Positions 33,576 through 43,444 of a DNA stretch of 64,000 bases are shown piece by piece. Both the position numbers and the translations under genes were made by a program. The stretch comes from Patescibacteria group bacterium (GTDB taxonomy: Bacteria; Patescibacteriota; Patescibacteriia; SG8-24; DYFX01): NCBI GenBank assembly GCA_041659045.1, contig JBAZZB010000001.1, forward strand, positions 454,111 through 518,110. The letters run 5' to 3'. Each line of letters begins with the position of its first letter. Position 1 is the first letter of the stretch. The notes below the pieces were generated by a model, which worked only from the letters and a program-made list of their open reading frames with translations, was not told the DNA's origin and searched no databases.

Positions 33576-35069
33576 ATGTCCCAACCGCTTCCGTCCGGCG
33601 ACGGCTTGGCCTTTCACGGCCTCGGCATCGCCCCTAAATTGTTGGAAATCCTGGGTAAGCACAACTACTCTGTGCCGACCCCGATCCAACACAAGTCCAT
33701 CCCCGTCTCCATTGAAGGGAAGGACATGATCGGTATCGCTCAAACCGGTACCGGCAAAACGCTGGCTTTCGGCGTTCCTATGCTTCAGCGCCTCGCGATC
33801 CATAAGGGTCGCGGTCTGGCACTTTTACCGACCCGCGAGCTCGCGCTCCAGGTCGACGAAACGCTGCACAAGCTCGGTAAAGATATGGGTATTCGCACGG
33901 CGGTCTTGATCGGCGGCGCTTCGATGCGCCAGCAAATCGACAACCTCCGCCGCAATCCTCACGTCATCGTGGCCACGCCTGGCCGTTTGATCGATCACCT
34001 TCAGCAAAAAACCGTCGACCTCTCGGACATCAAAATCCTCGTTCTCGACGAAGCTGATCGCATGCTCGACATGGGATTCCTCCCGCAGATCAACCGCATT
34101 CTTCGCACCGTGCCGAAGGATCGCCAGACAATGCTCTTCTCCGCCACCATGCCGGAAGACATTGTTTCGATCGCCGCCAACCACATGAAGACCCCGGTGC
34201 GCATCGAAATCGCTCGCCAAGGTTCGCTTGCCGACACCGTCGCACAGGAAATGTACGTCGTGCGCAAGGATCAAAAACTCCGCTTGCTCGACAAGGTGCT
34301 CGACGAATATAAGGGCTCTGTTCTTGTTTTCGCCCGCACCAAATTTTCCGCCAAAAAAATCGCTCGCGCCGTTCGCGGCATGGGCCATGGCGCCGACGAG
34401 ATCCATTCCAACCGCAGTCTCAACCAGCGCAAAGCCGCGCTTGAAGGTTTCAAAACCGGCAAGCACCGCGTTCTTGTCGCCACCGACATTGCCGCTCGCG
34501 GCATTGACGTGACCGGCATCGAAGTCGTTATTAACTTCGACGTTCCGGAAAACGCGGACGATTACGTTCACCGCATCGGCCGCACCGGCCGCGCGGGACG
34601 TCTCGGCAAAGCCATCACCTTTGCCCAGCCCGACCAAGGCAGCGAAGTCCGCGACATCGAGCGCCTGACGCGCAAGATGCTCCCGATCACGCCACTGCCC
34701 AAGGAACTCCCGCCCGAGCGCCCGATGCACCAGGAGGCCGAACGTCCGGACCTCGGCGTCTGGCAACCGCGCCCTCAGGGCGGTCGCGGCGGCTATCAGA
34801 GCCGTCCGCACTCCGGTGGCAGCCAAGGCAGCAGCCGTGGCGGCTACCAGGGCCGCTCCAGCAGCCAGGGCGGTTACGCTCCGCGCCAAGGCGGCTCCTC
34901 CGGTTACGCCGGCAGCCGCAGCCAGGGCACGAGCACTCCTTCGTCCCACCAGGGGCAGAGCCAAGGTGCTTCACAAGGCAGCTCACAGAGCCGCCCATCG
35001 AGCGGCTTCGGCGGCAAAAAGGGTGGCAAGCGCCGCATGCCCCCGAAAAAGTTCTACTACGCGGAATAA
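33576..35069 (+). CDS. DEAD-box ATP-dependent RNA helicase with C-terminal RGG/Gly-Ser-rich tail
   Basis: Q-motif, AQTGTGKT (motif I), PTRELA, DEAD, SAT and HRIGRTGR motifs. A long low-complexity basic tail follows. Confidence 0.9.
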   Translation: MSQPLPSGDGLAFHGLGIAPKLLEILGKHNYSVPTPIQHKSIPVSIEGKDMIGIAQTGTGKTLAFGVPMLQRLAIHKGRGLALLPTRELALQVDETLHKLGKDMGIRTAVLIGGASMRQQIDNLRRNPHVIVATPGRLIDHLQQKTVDLSDIKILVLDEADRMLDMGFLPQINRILRTVPKDRQTMLFSATMPEDIVSIAANHMKTPVRIEIARQGSLADTVAQEMYVVRKDQKLRLLDKVLDEYKGSVLVFARTKFSAKKIARAVRGMGHGADEIHSNRSLNQRKAALEGFKTGKHRVLVATDIAARGIDVTGIEVVINFDVPENADDYVHRIGRTGRAGRLGKAITFAQPDQGSEVRDIERLTRKMLPITPLPKELPPERPMHQEAERPDLGVWQPRPQGGRGGYQSRPHSGGSQGSSRGGYQGRSSSQGGYAPRQGGSSGYAGSRSQGTSTPSSHQGQSQGASQGSSQSRPSSGFGGKKGGKRRMPPKKFYYAE

Positions 35070-35105
35070 AAAGAAATCCCTCTCTGGTAAAGAGAGGGAT
35101 TTTTC

Positions 35106-35411
35106 TTATTCAACGCTTTCGAGCACAATTCTCTTTTCAAAAATCCCTCGTTCAATCCCCTTTTCCACGCGTACCGCTTCGACCTCCTTCTCGTCAAATC
35201 CGTGGTGAGCGCAAATCGCTTTTACGACCTCGAGAATATCTGCCAGCTCTTCCGCATTACGGTCACGAGCGAATTCTTCGACTTCTTCGCGGAGTTTGTC
35301 GACGAGGCGTTCGCCGTATTCCTCAACGGAAACCTCGCGAAATGTTGCGGTCTGTCCTTTGGCCTTGATGATTTCCGGAATCCTGTCCCGTACGAGCTTG
35401 TCGTGTTTCAT
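35106..35411 (-). CDS. MazG-like nucleotide pyrophosphohydrolase (small all-alpha NTP-PPase)
   Basis: KLVRDRIPEII...EEVEEF...ELADILEV is an EExxE/D motif pattern of MazG/phosphoribosyl-ATP pyrophosphohydrolase-like proteins. Confidence 0.55.
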   Translation of the reverse strand: MKHDKLVRDRIPEIIKAKGQTATFREVSVEEYGERLVDKLREEVEEFARDRNAEELADILEVVKAICAHHGFDEKEVEAVRVEKGIERGIFEKRIVLESVE

Positions 35412-35418
35412 AGAAAGA

Positions 35419-36975
35419 TTAGCTTGCCGCAACCGTGCCGCCAAATTCTTTGACTAAATCCGCAAAGCCGTCCGGAAGATTCGCCGATGCTTCAACCTGA
35501 ATATGCGGTGAAGGTTCGACGAGTCCATCGGTGCGCTGCGCCACTAGAATCGCTTTAACGCGCATCGCAGCACCAAGCACTTCACCGAGCGCGGCTTCAA
35601 ATGAATCGCGATGCCGTTTATCGTTTAAGCGATCGCGATACATCGTGTATTGGAAGCCGACGGTCAGAAGCCCGCCATCACAATCCAAAAGCTCGGCCGC
35701 GCCGAGCATATACGGAAGTCCATGGTTCCGCTTTTGTGCGGCTGCCAAAATCTCCGTCCATTTTTCTTTCACGTGGGCAAGCGCCACGCCGTCACCGGAC
35801 GGAAGCGTTTCGACACGCTCCGTGTTCAAAGGTTCTGGTGCGGAGGCTTCTGGTGCCGCCGTAGGCTTTGAGGCTTCTACCTTCGGCACACTACTCGTGG
35901 GCGGAGCGGGAGGCGGCGGATCGCGCCGTGGTGGTTCGGCCGCACGCACCGGCTCGGCGCACCACTCTGCTAGCAGAAGTTCGAAACCGAGCTCGGGCGG
36001 GTCCAGACGTTTCATTTCGCCGTGGGCGCGCACAAGACGTTCAAGCAAAGCCGATGCGTTTGCCAAACCGTTTCCAGCGTCCTTCATAGAAGTCAGCGCG
36101 GCTTCGCGACCGCGCTCGACCAATTCCGCAACAATACGAATCGGGTCCGCTCCGGATGCGAGCAATGTTTCCCATACCGCCAGCGTTTTTGAAGCGTCGC
36201 GCAAGACAAGCGCCTCCATAAGTCCGTTGACGGCTTCGGAAGAAACGATCGGCAACACGAGCGCGGCCGTTTCCGCCGTAATCTTTTTCTCGCCAAGCGA
36301 AAAAATCTGGCTGAGCAAACTCTCGGCGTCACGCAAACACCCTTCGCTGAGTCGTGCAACGGCCGCGAGCACGCTCGCCTCAACCGTAAAACCCTCCTTC
36401 TTCGCCAGACCCTCCAATCGCTCGATTAACTCCGCTGTGGGAATTTTTCGAAAATCAAATCGTTGGCAGCGCGAAATAACCGTGGCCGGCAGCTTATGAA
36501 GCTCTGTTGTCGCCAAGATGAACACGACACGCGCAGGCGGCTCTTCCAGCGTCTTCAAGAGCGCGTTAAAAGCCGACGTCGAGAGCATGTGCACTTCGTC
36601 GATAATGAAAACCTTGTAGGCGAGTTTCGACGGCGCGAAACGCGCGTTTTCGATCACCTGTTCGCGCACGTTGTCGACGCCGGTATGAGAGGCGGCATCG
36701 ATTTCAACAACATCAAGCGCGCGCCCTTCGGCGATTTCCGTGCAGGCGTCGCAACTTCCACATGGCTCACCGGCTTTCGAACGTTCGCGGCAATTGAGCG
36801 CCTTGGCAAAAATACGCGCCAAACTTGTCTTGCCGACTCCGCGTGGGCCGGAAAACAAATAGCTGTGCGCGACACGATCGGTCGCGACCTCATTCGCCAG
36901 CGCCGCTTTGACGTGCTCCTGCCCGGCAACCTCGGCAAACGTCTTGGGCCTGTATTTTCTGTACAGTACGGTCAT
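35419..36975 (-). CDS. dnaX: DNA polymerase III subunit gamma/tau
   Basis: YRPKTFAEVAGQEHV...GPRGVGKTS...C-x-C zinc module...DEVHMLS are canonical DnaX motifs. Confidence 0.9.
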   Translation of the reverse strand: MTVLYRKYRPKTFAEVAGQEHVKAALANEVATDRVAHSYLFSGPRGVGKTSLARIFAKALNCRERSKAGEPCGSCDACTEIAEGRALDVVEIDAASHTGVDNVREQVIENARFAPSKLAYKVFIIDEVHMLSTSAFNALLKTLEEPPARVVFILATTELHKLPATVISRCQRFDFRKIPTAELIERLEGLAKKEGFTVEASVLAAVARLSEGCLRDAESLLSQIFSLGEKKITAETAALVLPIVSSEAVNGLMEALVLRDASKTLAVWETLLASGADPIRIVAELVERGREAALTSMKDAGNGLANASALLERLVRAHGEMKRLDPPELGFELLLAEWCAEPVRAAEPPRRDPPPPAPPTSSVPKVEASKPTAAPEASAPEPLNTERVETLPSGDGVALAHVKEKWTEILAAAQKRNHGLPYMLGAAELLDCDGGLLTVGFQYTMYRDRLNDKRHRDSFEAALGEVLGAAMRVKAILVAQRTDGLVEPSPHIQVEASANLPDGFADLVKEFGGTVAAS

Positions 36976-36993
36976 GACAGGCCGATGAGTTTC

Positions 36994-37704
36994 TTAGAGC
37001 TGCGGCTTCTTGCGGATGATGTTTTCAACGGCAGCCCATTTGGACGGCGCGTTCTTCGGCACGAGGATAACGGCTTCGTCGCCTGCGTCGGCCTTGTAAT
37101 ACGTGACGGACGCCTTAATTACTTTCCAGGAGCGACCACCCGCAACAACCAAGAACTGACTCGTTTCTTGATCGAAGGCGAGAGAACCGATCAAGCGCTG
37201 TCGCTCGATCGGGCCGATTTGTTTGTAAATGAAGTTTCCGCGCCCACCGATCGTGAGCTTCAACATGTCGCCCTCAACAAGCTTCGACTTCGAAGCGTAG
37301 TTCGGAGGCACGGCGTAGCTTTTACCGTCGTCTCCGACCATTTCCTGGCCGTCAAAGACGCCCTCAACGACGCGATCGCCGGAGGAAAAAGCGTCGGTGG
37401 AATTTTGAGAGGGCGGAACGAGCGGGATGGCGGTAACGTTCCACGTTTGGGCTTCTTGCACGAGCCCCACCTGAGCACCTCTTGTTTCAGGGGCTGTGTC
37501 GTCAAGTAATTTTAGGGCGTTGTCGATCGAGTCGCGTACGTTCTTCAGGATCGCGCGAAGCGTCGCTGCTTTTGTCGGCGCAACGTCCGCGTGAACGACC
37601 GCTTCAACAAGCGCGTCCAAACGGTCCGGCATTTCTTTCGTCGCAACAGCTTCAGAGGACAACGGGCGCGCTTCTTGATCGATTTCTTCAGTGAGCCATT
37701 CCAT
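36994..37704 (-). CDS. Hypothetical protein
   Basis: 236-aa ORF between the ATPase gene and dnaX. No recognisable motifs. Confidence 0.45.
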   Translation of the reverse strand: MEWLTEEIDQEARPLSSEAVATKEMPDRLDALVEAVVHADVAPTKAATLRAILKNVRDSIDNALKLLDDTAPETRGAQVGLVQEAQTWNVTAIPLVPPSQNSTDAFSSGDRVVEGVFDGQEMVGDDGKSYAVPPNYASKSKLVEGDMLKLTIGGRGNFIYKQIGPIERQRLIGSLAFDQETSQFLVVAGGRSWKVIKASVTYYKADAGDEAVILVPKNAPSKWAAVENIIRKKPQL

Positions 37705-37781
37705 AGTGAGCTTTTGTTTGATTCTTCCTGTTCTCTATAGCATACGGCACGGACGCGCGCTATCGGGACGCATGTGGATAG

Positions 37782-40235
37782 TTAGATAAACCTCAAGCGT
37801 TCGCGAATTTCCGCCTCGACAATCTCACGGTCGCGTCCGTATTTGAGACGCGAGAGCTGCTTGATGGCGGCTGTGATCTTCGTATCGCCTTTTGACAGGC
37901 CAGCCATTGCCATGTTGAAGGGGCGACTTGCCGTGTTGTCGATCAGAATTTTCGCATTGGCCGTATACGCTTCAACGTTCACGAGATCGAACGGTGTGAA
38001 GACCGGTGCAAATTCCTTGCCCAAAAATTCTGCGTCCTCAGTGCCGATACGGAAGGCGACCATCGTACCGACGTTACCAAAGATGGCGTCGCGAATCGTG
38101 GTGTCGCCTTTGGCCGAAATCTGCCCGATATATTGGTGCGCGATAATCAGATCAAGGCCGTACTTACGAGCCTCCGAGAGAATCGTCGCAATCGAGTCGG
38201 TAATAAAGTTCTGGAACTCGTCGATGTAGAGGTAGAAGTCTTTGCGATCCTTGGCGTCCATGTCCGTGCGCGAGAGTGCCGCCATCAAGATCTTGCCGAC
38301 CAAGACCATACCGATCAGGTACGCGTTGATGTCGCCGAGTTTGCCCTTGGAAAGATCGAGCAAGAGAATCTTGCCTTCATCCATCGCTTGGCGAACGTTG
38401 AACGCGCTCTTCTGCTGGCCGATGATCGGGCGAACAATGTCGTTGGTGATGAACGGTGTGAGCTTCGAAGTGATGTACGGCACCATGTTGGCGAGCGACG
38501 CTTCACCGCCGGCCTTCGACGCTTCCTTCAACCAGAAATCTTTCACGACTTGCGTCTTGCATTTCGACAACTTGTAAGCGCGGAAGCGTTCGTCGGAGAG
38601 CACACGCGGAATTTCCATCAAGGTCGAACCGGAAGCCGGATCGTCCATGACAAGAATCATGGCGTTGCGCATATACTGCTCGAACATCGGCCCACCCGTC
38701 GATTTAAGATCGTAGAGCTTGTCGAAAATCTTCAGCATCTCGTTGATGACGAAGGTTTTCTGTTCCGGATATTTTTCGTCGTACTCCAGCAAATTGAGAC
38801 CCATCGGCCGCTCGGTATCGGCCGGCGAGAAATAGATCACATCATCAGCGCGATTCTTCGGCACAAACGACAACGCATCCTGCGCAAAATCTCCGTGCGG
38901 ATCGATCACGCAAACACCTTTGCCAGCTTCAATGTCCTGCTTGACCATCGCCTTCATCATCTCGCTCTTACCAGAACCAGACTTACCGATGATGTACATG
39001 TGGCGACGGCGATCCCCCTGCTTGATGCGTACCGGATGCTCTTGGCCGCGGTACTTCACAACACCCAGAAGAATCCCCTCTTTCGGCAGGTTGGACGGTG
39101 GCGGTGCCTTGCGAGCCGTCAGCCAGCGAATGTTGGGTGTTTCGGTCGAGCTGAGCGGCAGATGCCAGAGACTCGCAAGCTCGTCAGGCGTCAGCACCAT
39201 GCGTCGCTTGTCGTGAAAGATACGCAAAATGAAGTCGCTGACGATGCGGCTTTTTCCTTCGCTGACGCGCTTAAACGCGTTACCGTACTGCGGACTCGAA
39301 AACTGGTTGAACGCACCAATCAAGTTTCCAAGCACGAGTTCGGCGCGTCCTGGCGTCGGCGATGAGGCAACCAAATTCACGTTGGTGTCGAGTCCGAGCT
39401 GGCCGACTTTTTCTTCGATCGACTTCACCATCTGCTCCTCAAGCGGCGACAAACGATATTCTTTGGCTTTTTCACCCGTCTTTTCCTCCTGCGTACCGTG
39501 CTTGATGAGACCTGATCCCTTACGCGCCTGGTCGTACGAGCGGCCTTGCTGCATAAGCGAAGCGATCTTCACCCCCTTCTCACGCCACGTTTTTTTCGCC
39601 GAACGCACAAGAATTTGGATTGCAGCACCATCACCAGTTTCGACTTTCGCGAGCGCATTCGTCAGCGCGTTCAGCGGATCGGTTTCAAGTTTTTTGTAGG
39701 TATGAAGTGGGAAGAAGTTTTCGCGCCCAAACACGAGGTGCGCGCTTGCGATTGTCCCCTTCGGTTGAAACACATTATAGTCGGAAACTTCCTCGATTTG
39801 CGCCAAAGGGTATTGCGCGTGGACTTGCTGTTCGACAAATTCACGAAAACGCTTTGGTGCCGAAATGTAAAACGAAACAAGACCACCTGTCGCCACGATT
39901 TCAAAAGCAATGACATCTCCGCGTCCTGCGAGCCACGCGCGGAGACCCCGCTCTGCCTTCAGGCCGCCAACACTTTTGAAAACACCTTCCGCCACAGCGA
40001 TGATGCCCTGAATTTCCTGGAGCGATTTGTCGTGCTGGCCGCCGTCTTTTTCACCGGATTCTTTCGGCACGGTTATGAGCATGACGACGTTGTCGAAACC
40101 ACGCGCGATTTCAGCTCTGGCCGTCAGGATGCGGCGCACGATTCTGAGCACGATCAAAAACACGAACAGCCCGACCACAAAAGGAACGGCGGGCATGACA
40201 AGCGATACAAGATCGGGAAACTGAAACGGGTTCAT
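37782..40235 (-). CDS. Type IV secretion coupling-protein-like P-loop ATPase (VirD4/TraG/TrwB-like), membrane anchored
   Basis: N-terminal TM helix, Walker A IIGKSGSGKS and motifs VIDPHGDF and YIDEFQNF, typical of T4SS coupling proteins and CPR-type DNA-translocating ATPases. Confidence 0.65.
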   Translation of the reverse strand: MNPFQFPDLVSLVMPAVPFVVGLFVFLIVLRIVRRILTARAEIARGFDNVVMLITVPKESGEKDGGQHDKSLQEIQGIIAVAEGVFKSVGGLKAERGLRAWLAGRGDVIAFEIVATGGLVSFYISAPKRFREFVEQQVHAQYPLAQIEEVSDYNVFQPKGTIASAHLVFGRENFFPLHTYKKLETDPLNALTNALAKVETGDGAAIQILVRSAKKTWREKGVKIASLMQQGRSYDQARKGSGLIKHGTQEEKTGEKAKEYRLSPLEEQMVKSIEEKVGQLGLDTNVNLVASSPTPGRAELVLGNLIGAFNQFSSPQYGNAFKRVSEGKSRIVSDFILRIFHDKRRMVLTPDELASLWHLPLSSTETPNIRWLTARKAPPPSNLPKEGILLGVVKYRGQEHPVRIKQGDRRRHMYIIGKSGSGKSEMMKAMVKQDIEAGKGVCVIDPHGDFAQDALSFVPKNRADDVIYFSPADTERPMGLNLLEYDEKYPEQKTFVINEMLKIFDKLYDLKSTGGPMFEQYMRNAMILVMDDPASGSTLMEIPRVLSDERFRAYKLSKCKTQVVKDFWLKEASKAGGEASLANMVPYITSKLTPFITNDIVRPIIGQQKSAFNVRQAMDEGKILLLDLSKGKLGDINAYLIGMVLVGKILMAALSRTDMDAKDRKDFYLYIDEFQNFITDSIATILSEARKYGLDLIIAHQYIGQISAKGDTTIRDAIFGNVGTMVAFRIGTEDAEFLGKEFAPVFTPFDLVNVEAYTANAKILIDNTASRPFNMAMAGLSKGDTKITAAIKQLSRLKYGRDREIVEAEIRERLRFI

Positions 40236-40684
40236 AGTTTCAAGATCTTATCGGTTTTGATCTTGGCTTCTTGCGTCAGAAAAAAATGATTGACGCCCGG
40301 GATCAACTTCAGCCAGGTGGCGATAAGTTTGAGCACCACACGGGCGTTCACCTTGGCGGTACGCACCATCGTGACGATGAGTGTCGTAATACGTTCGCCC
40401 TCCTTACGAAACTTGGCCTGCAGCTCCGGTGTCATCTTATGAAAGGCATCACCGAGGTCTTCTTCGAGAATACTTTCGACCGCGCGCACGGCGGGATCTT
40501 TCGGAACAGCTACCACCGGCGCCGCGACCGTCGGTACGTCTGGCATGACAGGAACTGGCTCCGGAGGTTGCTCAACAACTGGTGTTGGAGACTCAAACGA
40601 AGCCCCTGTCTCAGGAACTTCGTTGCGTTGCTCCGGAGTGGCCGGAACCTCTTCAAAACCGGGCGTTGTCCCTCCTGGCGGCAT
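40232..40684 (-). CDS. Hypothetical Pro-rich small protein translationally coupled to the ATPase
   Basis: Its stop overlaps the ATPase start (ATGA). Pro/Glu-rich N-terminal half and a helical C-terminal half. Confidence 0.4.
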   Translation of the reverse strand: MPPGGTTPGFEEVPATPEQRNEVPETGASFESPTPVVEQPPEPVPVMPDVPTVAAPVVAVPKDPAVRAVESILEEDLGDAFHKMTPELQAKFRKEGERITTLIVTMVRTAKVNARVVLKLIATWLKLIPGVNHFFLTQEAKIKTDKILKL

Positions 40685-40762
40685 AGGCGTTGACTTCTCA
40701 AGTATAGCATACCTATACTGGCTCTGGTGCGTCGCAAAAACCCTTTACCGGGAACGGAGCGC

Positions 40763-41356
40763 ATGTCTTTGTCAAAAGCGAGCGGAGATATCCCAGATCT
40801 CAAGAAACAGCGTTCACGGAAGAACGCGATTCCAAAGGCCCTGGAGAAGCCTCGTCGCCAGCCACGATCCGTCGAGCTGCCAGCCGTTGTTGTTCGCGTG
40901 AAGCAGTTCGCCGAAGCTGTCGCGCTGATCAACATCCCCCGATCCGACACCGGGGCGGATCTCGTCCTCTACATGATCGGCGCGCACCCAGATGTCGCCG
41001 CGCTGACGACCGATGGCGCCTACGTGAACTTCGGCGACATCGTGAGTATCGAGAAGCCGAGCTGCGAAGCTATCCTGATCGAGGAAGCCAAGAAAGCGGC
41101 TCCGAAACCACCAGGTACGAACGCCTGGATCCCCGTCCGACACGCCGCGCGTATGAAGCGCGAGACGGACGGCACGATCACGGATATTTTGATCCAAATC
41201 TGCAACATCCCTGACTCCGAAGGCGGTCGCGAGCTGCTCCAGGAAATCTTCAGGGAGTACAGCTCGCGAGACGTGTACGAGTACACGCTCTACACTTCGG
41301 AACGGGACGTCGTTCCGGTGTGGTCGTTGGCTGACGCCAATGGTCACAAGCGCTAG
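40763..41356 (+). CDS. Hypothetical protein
   Basis: ORF with a plausible TATACT -10 box upstream. Start chosen at MSLSK. No recognisable motifs. Confidence 0.4.
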   Translation: MSLSKASGDIPDLKKQRSRKNAIPKALEKPRRQPRSVELPAVVVRVKQFAEAVALINIPRSDTGADLVLYMIGAHPDVAALTTDGAYVNFGDIVSIEKPSCEAILIEEAKKAAPKPPGTNAWIPVRHAARMKRETDGTITDILIQICNIPDSEGGRELLQEIFREYSSRDVYEYTLYTSERDVVPVWSLADANGHKR

Positions 41357-41389
41357 CCGTTTCCCGACATTCTGTCGGGATTTTCTTTT

Positions 41390-42763
41390 CTACGCTTTCT
41401 TCAATTTCTGACCTTGTGGGGTATCTTCGACGATCCAGCCCTTCGTAGCGATTTCATCACGAAGGCGGTCTGAGGCTGCCCAATCTTTGTTGGTACGTGC
41501 GTTGATGCGGTCATCTGCTAACGTTTGCACGTCTTCCGGAACTTCCGTCACCCTCATTTCAAAAAGTTTGAGTCCAAAGACAGTGTCAAAAGCGCGCATG
41601 AACGATGCCCCTTCTTTTTGATCAACGTTGCCCTTGTTGGCTTCGGTCATAAAGGCGTGAACAAGAGCCAGAACCGCAGAAACGTTCATATCATCGTCCA
41701 TTGCCTCCTCAAGACGCGTTTCGTACGTTCCTTTCACCCGTTCGGAATCAACAAAAAGTTCCGCTACAGAGCGCATCTGCGCGAGCGTGCGTTCCGCCGC
41801 TTTCAAACCGTCCATCGTGAAGTTGAATTGCGTACGGTAGTGGGAAGACAGGAGCAAGAATCGTACGGCTTCCGCCGAAAAGCCTTTAGCCGTCAGATCG
41901 GCGAGTGTATACGTATTCCCCTTCGATTTCGACATCTTTTCGCCTTCAACCAACAAGAACGACACGTGCAGCCAGTGCTTTGAGAACGGAGCGTGGTTGG
42001 CGCTTTCCGATTGGGCAATTTCGCACTCGTTGTGCGGGAATTTCAAATCTTCGCCACCAACATGGAGGCTCAGCGTATCGCCCAAATACTCCTTCGCCAT
42101 CGCTGAGCACTCAAGGTGCCAGCCGGGGTAGCCTTGGATGCCACGCGGGCCTTTCCATTGCATGACATGGTTCGGATTCTGAATCCACAGTGCGAAGTCA
42201 GCCGGATGTTTTTTGTCGTCTTTCACTTCGACGCGCGCGCCAGCAACAAGATCTTCGACGGAGTTGCCAGAAAGTTTTCCGTAGTTCTTGAACGAAGCGA
42301 CGTCAAAATACACGTCTCCTTTTTCCGTGATGTAGGCGTGCTCTTCATCGAGAAGTTTTTCGACCAAGGCCACCATCTGCGGAATGTGTTCCGTGGCGCG
42401 CGGATGCTTCCACGCGCGTTTGAAGCCAAGGGCGTCCATGTCACGGAAAAACACTTCTTCATAGAAGCGCGCGATTTCTTCCGGTGTCTTGCCTTCTTTG
42501 GCCGCGGCGGCCGTCATCTTATCTTCGCCGGTGTCGGCATCGTTCAGCATGTGGCCGACGTCAGTGATATTCATCACGAGTCTCACTTCGCGTCCTCGAT
42601 ATTCCAAATAACGACGGAGGAGATCGGTCGTCAAAAACGTGCGGAGGTTTCCAATCGAAGCGTAGTGATAGACCGTCGGCCCGCAGGCGTAGATCGTCAC
42701 GGGCTCGGTTCCTTGCCCCGGGAATTCCTTCAATTGCTTGGTCAGCGAGTCGTACAACTGCAT
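41390..42763 (-). CDS. cysS: Cysteine--tRNA ligase
   Basis: CGPTVYHYASIGN (HIGH-type motif), KMSKSKGN and zinc-binding Cys residues. Confidence 0.9.
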   Translation of the reverse strand: MQLYDSLTKQLKEFPGQGTEPVTIYACGPTVYHYASIGNLRTFLTTDLLRRYLEYRGREVRLVMNITDVGHMLNDADTGEDKMTAAAAKEGKTPEEIARFYEEVFFRDMDALGFKRAWKHPRATEHIPQMVALVEKLLDEEHAYITEKGDVYFDVASFKNYGKLSGNSVEDLVAGARVEVKDDKKHPADFALWIQNPNHVMQWKGPRGIQGYPGWHLECSAMAKEYLGDTLSLHVGGEDLKFPHNECEIAQSESANHAPFSKHWLHVSFLLVEGEKMSKSKGNTYTLADLTAKGFSAEAVRFLLLSSHYRTQFNFTMDGLKAAERTLAQMRSVAELFVDSERVKGTYETRLEEAMDDDMNVSAVLALVHAFMTEANKGNVDQKEGASFMRAFDTVFGLKLFEMRVTEVPEDVQTLADDRINARTNKDWAASDRLRDEIATKGWIVEDTPQGQKLKKA

Positions 42764-42807
42764 AGTTGTGCTATACTATCATCAACTTAGTCCTATCACA
42801 ATTCCGT

Positions 42808-43362
42808 ATGGACATGAAGAAAGCGGCGCTTGCCGTCGTCGGCCTAGCCGTTGGTTTCGTGGCCGGGTACGGGACGGGTCGCGTCTCGACAGGCACGCCG
42901 ATCAATCCCCTTTCCGGAACGAAAGGGAGCTACGAAGAAGGGTACGCCGCTGCCGTAAAAGTGGCGACGGAATCAGGAGTTTTTCCTCCCCTTCCGACAG
43001 AGCTTTCCGTCTTGAGCGGCAAAATCGTTTCTGCCGACAAGACCTCGATCGTGTTTGATGCTGATCTTATCGCACAGAACCCGCTCCTGAAACTTGAAGG
43101 CCCGACGCGACGCACGATCCTTCTCGGCACGGATACCAAGATCGTCCGCATCGAAGAGAAGAATTCAGAGGAACTCGCCGCGGCTCAAGACGCGTTTGCG
43201 AAAGCAATGGCTACGGGCGAACCCGTGCCGCCGCCATCCCCTGTCAAACAGGTTCCGTACACGGAGCCGCTCAAAGCTGGTGACATGATCATGGTCGAGG
43301 CTGCCACCAACATCCTGCAGTCCACATCGTTCAGCGCTACGCTCATCACCGTTCTGCCGTAA
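42808..43362 (+). CDS. Hypothetical membrane-anchored protein
   Basis: MDMKKAALAVVGLAVGFVAGYG is an N-terminal TM helix. Followed by a terminator. Confidence 0.45.
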   Translation: MDMKKAALAVVGLAVGFVAGYGTGRVSTGTPINPLSGTKGSYEEGYAAAVKVATESGVFPPLPTELSVLSGKIVSADKTSIVFDADLIAQNPLLKLEGPTRRTILLGTDTKIVRIEEKNSEELAAAQDAFAKAMATGEPVPPPSPVKQVPYTEPLKAGDMIMVEAATNILQSTSFSATLITVLP

Positions 43363-43365
43363 CGA

Positions 43366-43394
43366 AAAACCCCGGAAATATTCCGGGGTTTTTT
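43366..43394 (+). terminator. Rho-independent terminator
   Basis: AAAAACCCCGGAAatattCCGGGGTTTTTT. Confidence 0.6.
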
Positions 43395-43444
43395 AAAATC
43401 AAAAAAACAAGGTGGTGAGCCTTGTCGTCCTTGAGCTCGGTCGC

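Noticed and set aside
33825-34964. 379-aa minus-strand ORF opposite the DEAD-box helicase.
   Set aside because: The helicase motifs on the plus strand are canonical. The minus ORF is Ala/Gly/Arg-rich antisense.
35531-36499. 322-aa plus-strand ORF opposite dnaX.
   Set aside because: dnaX is unambiguous. The plus ORF is a Ser/Ala/Arg-rich antisense reading.
38133-39365. 410-aa plus-strand ORF opposite the T4CP-like ATPase.
   Set aside because: Walker A and the coupling-protein motifs lie on the minus strand. The plus ORF is His/Arg-rich antisense.
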